Shown here: in pieces, positions 55,732-64,000 of the stretch
Position numbering within the stretch: position 1 is the stretch's first letter
How the letters are laid out: each line of letters opens with the position of its first letter
Source of the DNA: Pedosphaera sp.
GTDB lineage: Bacteria > Verrucomicrobiota > Verrucomicrobiia > Limisphaerales > DSYF01
Length of the DNA stretch: 64,000 bases
Reading direction: 5' to 3'
NCBI GenBank assembly: GCA_017853715.1
Contig: JAFMIZ010000004.1
Location: 2,920 to 66,919 of the forward strand
Notes under the pieces: model-generated
Databases searched by the model: none
What the model was told of the DNA's origin: nothing
What the model saw: only the letters and a program-made list of their open reading frames with translations
Made by a program: the position numbers and the translations under genes

Positions 55732-55888
55732 GCGTGCTCCAATATCCTCGCATCACGGCAGATTCGCAATGACGAGTTGGCGGGGCCGGGTTGGTCCCGA
55801 GCTGAATGTTGCAGTTGCATTTGCGCGCGGCGTCCCCATTGCAACATCCAACTTCAAACCTGCACCGGCGGAGCCAATCACAGCTGCC

Positions 55889-57085
55889 TTACAGCGCTTT
55901 AATCACCACGATGGTGCGGTCGTCTTGAGGCGGTGTGTTGTGGGTGAATTCGTCGAGGGTGGTGAAAATCCCTTCGGCAATCGCCCGCGCATCCAGGGCG
56001 GCGGAAGCGGCGAGCAGCCGCCGAAGGCGTTCGCAGCCGAATTCCTCGCCGGTCGGTGAAAGCCCCTCGGTAACGCCATCGGTATGCATCAGGAGAATGT
56101 CACCCGGGTTGATCGGGAATTCCCGCTCCGCAAAGGTTGCGGTCCCAAGGTCGGCGCGTTCGATGCCCAGCGCCATGCCCTTGGGCTGGAGCGTTTCCAC
56201 TTTGCCCGTCTCGGCGTGGAACCACAGCAACGGGTCGTGTCCGGCTCGGGCGACGCGGAAGGAATGGGAAGCCGAATTCACGACGACGCACAACGCGGTG
56301 ACGAAAGAGTTTTCTGGGAGCGTGGGCACCAGTGTGAGCGCGTCGCGGAACATGGCCGAGGGCGAACGGTCGCGGGACAATTCATCGCGGAGAAACGGCC
56401 GGACTTGCGCCGCGATTTGCGCGGCGCTCACACCTTTGCCGCACACGTCGGCGATCAATGCCGCGACGCGCAGGCCCGAAAGTGGAGCGAAGTCGTAAAA
56501 GTCGCCACCGACTTCGCCGGCCTGACGGTTGATGGCTGCCATGTCGAAGCCCGGCAGGGCAGGTGGTTCACCGGCGCGGAGCCTGTCGAGGTCTTCCTTC
56601 AAGGTGCGCGTGATCTCGGCGAACTTCGCGCGATTTGATTCGTTCAGCTGCCCCAATCGCTCGTGGGCCTCGAGTGAGGTCTCTTTGAGTTGCACCTTGG
56701 TGGTGTTGGTGAGGGAGAGCCGTTTGGCCTGGATGCCCGGCGGTAGATCGATTTCGCCGTTCACGTGCTTGAACCATTTGCTTACGCCGAGGCTCTCGAT
56801 CAATCCCGTGATGCGCAGGTTGGCGTTGGCCAGTTCGATGCCATGTCCGCCGGGCACCTCCTCGTGGAAGCGCTCCGCCCCGCCCGAGAGCACGCCGAGA
56901 AACGTGCTGTCCATGAGCTGGCATTGATCCAGATCCATGATGAACCGCTGCGGACGCTCGGCGATCAATTCGTCCACCGCCTGCTTGAAGCCTGGGCTGG
57001 CCGCAAAGTTCGCGCGGCCCACGATGCGGATGCACGCAAAGCGCGGGGCGCGAAACACGGTGAGTTCGGCGGCAGCGGAATTCAT
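55889..57085 (-). CDS. STAS domain - PP2C/SpoIIE phosphatase fusion
   Basis: N-terminal STAS (LDQCQLMDSTFLGVL). C-terminal PP2C motifs are VGGDFYDF, IADVCGKGVSAA, HTDGVTE and PQDDRT. ATGA overlap with holA. Confidence 0.8.
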   Translation of the reverse strand: MNSAAAELTVFRAPRFACIRIVGRANFAASPGFKQAVDELIAERPQRFIMDLDQCQLMDSTFLGVLSGGAERFHEEVPGGHGIELANANLRITGLIESLGVSKWFKHVNGEIDLPPGIQAKRLSLTNTTKVQLKETSLEAHERLGQLNESNRAKFAEITRTLKEDLDRLRAGEPPALPGFDMAAINRQAGEVGGDFYDFAPLSGLRVAALIADVCGKGVSAAQIAAQVRPFLRDELSRDRSPSAMFRDALTLVPTLPENSFVTALCVVVNSASHSFRVARAGHDPLLWFHAETGKVETLQPKGMALGIERADLGTATFAEREFPINPGDILLMHTDGVTEGLSPTGEEFGCERLRRLLAASAALDARAIAEGIFTTLDEFTHNTPPQDDRTIVVIKAL

Positions 57086-58236
57086 CGGGCGACGGGTTTG
57101 CGGTCGGCGTCGCCCACGATTTCAACCAATGTTTGCTGCAGCACCATCGCTGAATCCAGCGAGCTGCCCACGAGCTTGCGGTTCGCCTGCAACAGCAAAT
57201 CCATCGCGCGCACAAGTTCGGCGGAGGAGTAATTGCGCACCTGTCGCAACGCGTTCGACAACACGAACGGGTGCATCGCGAGCGGATTGTATTTCTTGTC
57301 CGCGGGTAATTTATCGGCGGGGACGCGGCTGGCCAGCGTCTTGAGCTGGTCATAGCTGGCGTTCGGTTTGATCCAGCCTTCGCGGATCATTTCGTTCAGC
57401 AGGATGAGCGTGCGAATCTTGGAGATCATGCCGTAGAGCAATCCCACTTCTGATTTGTCGCGATCGATCTTGTGGCGGATTTCCCACAGCTCTTCGTCGA
57501 GGCACTTCATCAATCGGGGCAGGTGGCGGTCGCCGAGGGCGTCGGCCAGCGCGAAAGCGCGTGACTGCTTGTTGCGCGTGGTGATGGTCTCGACATCGGC
57601 AAACGTGATTTCTAAGCGGTCGCCGGCGTGGAGCGAAAGCTTCTCCACTTCGCTGGCGAGCGCGCGGGCGTTGGGGCCGACGCGTGCGGTCAATTCACCC
57701 AGCGCGTCGTCGGCGATTTGTTTGCCGAGCGCGTTCAACTCCTTTGCCGCCCACATCTCGGCTTCGTCCATCCAGCCTTTCTGGTCAATGGACCAGCCAG
57801 CGAACACCTCGACGCTGCCCGCCTTCTCGATGGTTTTGTAAAAGCTCCGGCGCTTGTCCACCTTCCCGGCGCTGATGACGAGCCGGATGTTTTGCCAGTT
57901 GAACTCCTTCAGGTCGGTGGCGAGCGAACCGAGTGAATCGGTCACGACCGACGAACTGGCGGTGCGTTCTTCGCCAAGGAAATTGCAATCCCGAAACCAG
58001 ATGGCTTTGCCGCCGCCGAAAAAGGGTAGCGTTTGCAGGGCTTCGCGGAGTTTGCCGAGCGCGCGCAGGGCTTCGTCGGCGTTGCCCGCAGTGGCGTCAA
58101 TCGTCTCGTGGTCCATGCCGCCGAGTTCTTCGCACCACTTCGTGTAAAGCAGTTTGGCGCGTTGCTTGACGGCGAAATCGTCATCGCCGCAGACAAGCAC
58201 CAGCGGACCGGTGGAGGCGGGCTTTGCAGAGGCCAT
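57082..58236 (-). CDS. holA: DNA polymerase III subunit delta
   Basis: The length, the N-terminal LVLVCGDDDF pattern and the C-terminal helical domain resemble HolA. Family-level call by eye. Confidence 0.65.
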   Translation of the reverse strand: MASAKPASTGPLVLVCGDDDFAVKQRAKLLYTKWCEELGGMDHETIDATAGNADEALRALGKLREALQTLPFFGGGKAIWFRDCNFLGEERTASSSVVTDSLGSLATDLKEFNWQNIRLVISAGKVDKRRSFYKTIEKAGSVEVFAGWSIDQKGWMDEAEMWAAKELNALGKQIADDALGELTARVGPNARALASEVEKLSLHAGDRLEITFADVETITTRNKQSRAFALADALGDRHLPRLMKCLDEELWEIRHKIDRDKSEVGLLYGMISKIRTLILLNEMIREGWIKPNASYDQLKTLASRVPADKLPADKKYNPLAMHPFVLSNALRQVRNYSSAELVRAMDLLLQANRKLVGSSLDSAMVLQQTLVEIVGDADRKPVAR

Positions 58237-58242
58237 GGGGGA

Positions 58243-58689
58243 TCAATCCTGCTCGCCGGATTCGTTCATGCGCTCCAGCGCTTCGCTCATGTCTTCGACC
58301 TGGTCCCAAAGTGTTTGGGTGACGAAGATCGGCTTGTGCTGCGCCGTGGCCAGGGCCAGCGAATCGCTCGGGCGGGCGTCGAGCTCCACCAGTTTTTTGC
58401 CCAGCTCATTGTCCTGTTGCAGGATGATGCGTGCGAAGTAGGTGGAATTTCGGAGTTCGGTGATGATGACGCGCTCGACAGCGATGCCGAAGCCCTTGAA
58501 GATGTTTTGGACTAGCTCGTGGGTCAGGGGACGCTCGGTGCGTTGGTCGCGAAGATACATGGCGATGATTTGCGCCATGTTCGGGTCTACGCTGATGACG
58601 AAGACCTTCTCGTCATTGCCAACGAACACCGCGCTGCCGGTGTTGGAAGGCAGTATGCCCCGGATCTGAACCTGAACCATGTCCTTCAT
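58243..58689 (-). CDS. Bifunctional nuclease family (DUF151) protein
   Basis: VFVISVDPNMAQIIAMYLRDQRTERPLTHEL...VIITELRNSTYFARI is typical of the BFN/DUF151 domain. I chose the ATG at 58689. Confidence 0.7.
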   Translation of the reverse strand: MKDMVQVQIRGILPSNTGSAVFVGNDEKVFVISVDPNMAQIIAMYLRDQRTERPLTHELVQNIFKGFGIAVERVIITELRNSTYFARIILQQDNELGKKLVELDARPSDSLALATAQHKPIFVTQTLWDQVEDMSEALERMNESGEQD

Positions 58690-58800
58690 CTGGGGCAAAT
58701 CTAGGTTTGAGTGCCTGAAAATACAAGCTTGCCGGGCGGTGGCGTCAGTGGCCCGGGCTCTTTTGTGCCGGCTGTGCCGTCCCTGTGTCGGGCGCTCCAA

Positions 58801-58844
58801 AATAAAAAACCTGCATCGGCGGTAAGGTGTCCAGCCGGTGCAGG
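58801..58844 (-). terminator. Intrinsic terminator after amtB-glnK
   Basis: On the minus strand, the stem CCTGCACCGG/CCGATGCAGG (9 of 10 paired) is followed by TTTTTTATT. Confidence 0.7.
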
Positions 58845-58864
58845 CAGAAGGTTGCTACTGCTTG

Positions 58865-60590
<1,726 letters not shown>

Positions 60591-60814
60591 CGATAATCAG
60601 GCCCATTCATGTCAATCGGGAGGTGGAAAAATCAGCGAGGGCGTCCGGTGGGGAAAGCGCAGGGAAGCGGAGGTTGGATCGATTCGGCATTCAGCCTCTG
60701 AACCGGGAGCGCGGCTGTGTTGCAGACCAGCCGCAGTGGGTTCGCCTCTGCATCGCTGCCTCTCAGCGCAGTCGCGTTCCGATGTTTTAGGCAGCGTTGA
60801 TCGGTGCTTCAACG

Positions 60815-61687
60815 CTAGGAACTGGCGCTGGTGTAGCGGCGCAGGGAGGCCCGCCAGCCGAGTTCGGAGAAGACGCCACAAACGACGGCCATCACAAGCA
60901 TCAACACGAGGGTGCCAGGTGACTCCAGTTTGCCCGCCAGCACGCGGGTGGGCACGTTCGATACCAGGAGCATCGGGATGGCAAGCGTGAAGAACGTTTT
61001 GAACAGCCCCCGTTGGAATGCCTCATCCGGCATGCGGGCAATGTTGAACAGGTTGTAGTAGCCCCAGACGATGCCTTGCGCTTTGACAGTCCAGAAACAC
61101 GTGGCGGCGAGCAGCGTCATCAGAAAGTAATGGATGAGCACGCCCAGTAAACACAGCACGACAAAGCCGGTGACCTGAAGCGCGGAAGGATGCAGGTCGA
61201 GTTGATGCGCGGCGTAAACCATCACGGCCACTGCGGCGCTCGCGTTGACCAGCCCGCCGAGGTCCACTTGCCGCAGCGAGACGATGAAGCGCGTGTTCGC
61301 GGGCAGCAACAGGAGGAAGTCCAGTTTCCCCTGGCGCACGAGTTCGGAAAGGTTCGTCAGGTTCACGAGGAACAGCGCCTGAAAGATTTGCTGGATGAAA
61401 TTGCTGGCGGCGGTCAGCAGCACGACCTGCCACTTGGTCCAGGTGCCGATGTTGTCCGTGTGCAGGTAAAGCACGCTGATGAAACACACCTGCAGCGCGA
61501 ACCAAAGCAGGTCCACGACGATCCATAACAGGAAGTTGGACTTGAACCCCATCTCGCGGGCTGCCGAGTTTTTTACCAGCGCAAGGTAGATGCTGGCGTA
61601 GCGCGACAGCGGTCCGCAGGGTCTTGGCTCTGGCATCTGGGGTCTGGGGCTCTGTGTTGGAGGCAGGTTGCTCATTTCATCCTCCAA
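60815..61687 (-). CDS. ABC-2 family transporter permease
   Basis: Polytopic membrane protein paired with a paralogous upstream permease. An alternative ATG lies at 61675. Confidence 0.6.
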   Translation of the reverse strand: MEDEMSNLPPTQSPRPQMPEPRPCGPLSRYASIYLALVKNSAAREMGFKSNFLLWIVVDLLWFALQVCFISVLYLHTDNIGTWTKWQVVLLTAASNFIQQIFQALFLVNLTNLSELVRQGKLDFLLLLPANTRFIVSLRQVDLGGLVNASAAVAVMVYAAHQLDLHPSALQVTGFVVLCLLGVLIHYFLMTLLAATCFWTVKAQGIVWGYYNLFNIARMPDEAFQRGLFKTFFTLAIPMLLVSNVPTRVLAGKLESPGTLVLMLVMAVVCGVFSELGWRASLRRYTSASS

Positions 61688-62486
61688 CCGCGGAGTATTT
61701 GCGGATGCCGCGTGCCCACATCAGGCGTGCTCCGCAATAGGCGAGCGCGACCCAGAAGACCTGCATGGCCAGTCCTTGCCACAGCTTTGGGCCGGTGGCT
61801 TCGCCCAGGTATATGCTCACGGGGAAATACAACTGGTACGGGAACGGCGTGTAGAACATGACCTCTTGCAGCCAGGGCGGCAGGATGTTCAGCGGGAACA
61901 GGTGCCCGCTGGCAAGATACTCGAACGCATACAGGATGAAGATGAACGTCGAAACTTCCAGCACCCAGAACGCCAGCATTGCCATCGTGTAGGAGATGAG
62001 GAATTGCAGGAGCGCCGTCAGCCCCAGCGAAACGCCGAACCAGCCCAGCTGCGACCACGAGGGCGGCAGCATGAAGTGATCGTGGAAGCACAGGATGAAC
62101 AACGTCAGCGGAAGCGCCACCACCCCGATGTAGGTCATTCGGCCCGCGGAGAACAGGCACAGCCGATACCAGAGGTAATCCACCGGCTTGAGCAGGAATT
62201 GGCTGATGAGCCCGTCCTTGATGTCGGCGGCGATGGCCCAGTCGTCTTCGTTCACCGCCGTCAGCGCATCCACGATTTGGACCGCCAGATAGTAGGAGAT
62301 CATCTGGGCGAGCGTGAACCCGCCGATGGTGGCGGTGGCGCCGCCCTTGCCTTCATAAATGGTCCGCCACAGGTAAAGCATCGCCAGCAGGGGAACGAAG
62401 CCGAACAACGCACGCGCCAGAAAGTTGACGCGGTACGCAAGGTTGTTCTGCACCCCGATGCTGATGACGTGCCAGTATTTACGCAT
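61677..62486 (-). CDS. ABC-2 family transporter permease
   Basis: Polytopic membrane protein. It begins MRKYWHVISIGVQNNLAYRVNFL, typical of the uncharacterised ABC-2 permease pairs. Confidence 0.6.
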   Translation of the reverse strand: MRKYWHVISIGVQNNLAYRVNFLARALFGFVPLLAMLYLWRTIYEGKGGATATIGGFTLAQMISYYLAVQIVDALTAVNEDDWAIAADIKDGLISQFLLKPVDYLWYRLCLFSAGRMTYIGVVALPLTLFILCFHDHFMLPPSWSQLGWFGVSLGLTALLQFLISYTMAMLAFWVLEVSTFIFILYAFEYLASGHLFPLNILPPWLQEVMFYTPFPYQLYFPVSIYLGEATGPKLWQGLAMQVFWVALAYCGARLMWARGIRKYSAVGG

Positions 62487-62506
62487 GACGATGCCCGCTC
62501 ACTAAA

Positions 62507-62675
62507 CCATGGATCCGGCGGCGGCGCTACTCCGCAGAGCGCCTCCGGAACCTGTGGTTCTTTTATGGGGCGCGTAAGCGGCGTTGATGATCATCGCTGC
62601 CATGGATCCGCATTCGCTGTTTATCATGGCGATTTACGTTCGCTGCGTCATTTCGGTCGGTGTGGGATGGATCCG
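62507..62675 (+). repeat. Three copies of (CC)ATGGATCCG in the ABC-2 / glgP divergent spacer
   Basis: CCATGGATCCG occurs at 62507-62517 and 62600-62610. ATGGATCCG occurs at 62667-62675. Confidence 0.85.
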
Positions 62676-62783
62676 ACAATCATCGGCCTGGCCCTGAAAT
62701 AGTTTGCCCGCACTTCGCTTCAAACCTACCTTGTGGCACCGCCGCTTGGCGGGAAGCAGAACAATTGCTGGGAACACACGCGT

Positions 62784-64000
62784 ATGGCTTGCAAACCGCT
62801 CACAAAAGAAGAACTCACCGAACTCATCGCCGGTCTGAACGAAACCGCCCGGAACCTTTGGTGGACTTGGGACCAGCAGGCGCAGGAAGTTTTCCAGGAA
62901 CTGTCCCCTCGCGGTTGGACCAACATGTTCCACAACGCCGTCGCCGTGTTGCATGAGGTATCGGACTACGAACTGCGGGTGCGCCTCCAGAACCCCGAGT
63001 TCGCCGGGCGCGTTCGCGCCGTCGTGAAGAAGTTCAGGACCTACCTGGCAGAAGAGGAAACCTGGGGCGCAAAGAATTGTCCGAAGTTGAAGGGAAATCC
63101 CGTCGCGTATTTCTCCGCGGAATTCGGCTTCCATGAAACGCTGCCGATCGCCGCGGGCGGCCTCGGCGTGCTGGCGGGTGATCATGCCAAGTCCGCAAGC
63201 GATCTGGGCCTTGGCTTCTGCGGTATCAGCTTGTTCTACCGCGAGGGTTATTTCCAGCAGGCCATTGATCACAACAACTGGCAGACGGAATACTACACGC
63301 TCCTGAACCCGGCCAATCTCCCGATGGAGCCCGTGCTGGATGACAAAGGTCAGCCCATCGTGTGCTCCGTGGACATCAACATGGCGCAGGTCTATTTCCA
63401 GGTCTGGCGCGTCAATGTTGGCCGCGTGCCCATTTACCTGATTGATGCGAACCGTCCCGAGAACGATCAACGCTTCCGTGATTTGACCCTGCGTGTTTAT
63501 GGCGGCGACAGCACCACCCGGATCATGCAGGAGATCCTGCTGGGCATCGGTGGCGTGAAGTTGATGCGCAAGCTCGGCATCCAGCCGTCCGTGTTCCACA
63601 TGAACGAGGGTCATGCCGCGTTCCTCACGCTGGAACTCCTGCGGGAGAAGATTTCCGCCGGCAAGACCTATGAACAGGCCTGCGCCGAGACGACGAAGGA
63701 GTGTTTGTTCACCACCCACACGCCCGTCGAGGCCGGCCACGATCGCTTTACTGCCGAGTCGCTCGAATATGCATTGCACCGCTACTACAAGACGCTGGGC
63801 TTCTCGTTCGACACCCTCGTCGGCCTGGGCCGCTTGGATCCGAAGGATGCCCGCGAGCCGTTCTGCATGACGGTGCTCGCCCTCAAGCTGTGCCGCGCCG
63901 CGAACGGTGTCAGCGAGTTGCACGGACAGGTCAGCCGCCAGATGTGGCAAAAGCTGTTTGGCTCCCGGACCGTGGACGAGGTGCCCATTGGCCACGTCAC
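62784..64000 (+). CDS. glgP: Alpha-glucan phosphorylase (GlgP family), 3' end cut by window edge
   Basis: My own translation from the ATG at 62784 gives VAYFSAEFGFHETLPIAAGGLGVLAGDHAKSASDLG, FHMNEGHAAF and TTHTPVEAGHD. The frame is open to the window end. It is absent from the supplied ORF track, which instead lists an antisense 453-aa ORF. Confidence 0.85.
   Translation, partial: MACKPLTKEELTELIAGLNETARNLWWTWDQQAQEVFQELSPRGWTNMFHNAVAVLHEVSDYELRVRLQNPEFAGRVRAVVKKFRTYLAEEETWGAKNCPKLKGNPVAYFSAEFGFHETLPIAAGGLGVLAGDHAKSASDLGLGFCGISLFYREGYFQQAIDHNNWQTEYYTLLNPANLPMEPVLDDKGQPIVCSVDINMAQVYFQVWRVNVGRVPIYLIDANRPENDQRFRDLTLRVYGGDSTTRIMQEILLGIGGVKLMRKLGIQPSVFHMNEGHAAFLTLELLREKISAGKTYEQACAETTKECLFTTHTPVEAGHDRFTAESLEYALHRYYKTLGFSFDTLVGLGRLDPKDAREPFCMTVLALKLCRAANGVSELHGQVSRQMWQKLFGSRTVDEVPIGHV

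Noticed and set aside
61668-62702. 344-aa plus-strand ORF
   Set aside because: It is mostly antisense to an ABC-2 permease gene. Only its last 11 codons (MDPTIIGLALK) are discussed, as a mini-ORF in the spacer.
62634-63995. 453-aa minus-strand ORF in the supplied track
   Set aside because: It is antisense to a clear alpha-glucan phosphorylase reading frame on the plus strand (GGLGVLAGDH, NEGHAAF, TTHTPVEAGHD). Its product is Arg/Gly/His/Leu-rich with no recognisable motif, which is typical of GC-rich shadow ORFs.

Overview
GC-rich bacterial chromosomal window with about 56 tightly packed CDSs. I found no rRNA, tRNA, CRISPR array, transposase, integrase or prophage genes. Gene content and the short dispersed repeats suggest a Verrucomicrobiota/PVC-type genome, but that is inference only.

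Gene content is mostly housekeeping:
- DNA and RNA functions: hrpA, recN, uvrD/pcrA, holA, and a DUF151 nuclease.
- Methyl cycle: a metK-ahcY operon divergent from an ArsR-HTH/methyltransferase-fold (SahR-like) regulator.
- Lipid, cofactor and central metabolism: accD, comF, coaX, a PPTase, a GH13 enzyme, tal, and hisB.
- Cell shape: a complete mreB-mreC-mreD-mrdA-rodA-rng cluster.
- Galactose use: a galK / Na+-solute symporter / galM operon.
- Nitrogen: amtB-glnK.
- Signalling: an ECF sigma/anti-sigma module and two PP2C/STAS partner-switching loci.
- Transport: several ABC systems.
- At the 3' edge: a partial alpha-glucan phosphorylase that is missing from the supplied ORF track.

I see no clear defence island or mobile element. 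The most unusual observations are:
1. A dispersed 24-nt motif family with five copies in the window. Three copies lie in-frame inside conserved genes: an inverted pair in hrpA and a solo copy in the nucleotide-binding domain of an ABC exporter.
2. A second hairpin/G-quadruplex-like insertion in hrpA.
3. A 1455-aa double BcrAD/BadFG ATPase fused to dehydratase-like Cys-rich domains.
4. An RsbW-like kinase-GAF-PP2C fusion with a STAS protein and a receiver.
5. An ABC / ABC-2 / His-rich TPR trio.
6. Three CCATGGATCCG boxes upstream of glgP.

All functional calls come from motif recognition by eye. No searches were run.
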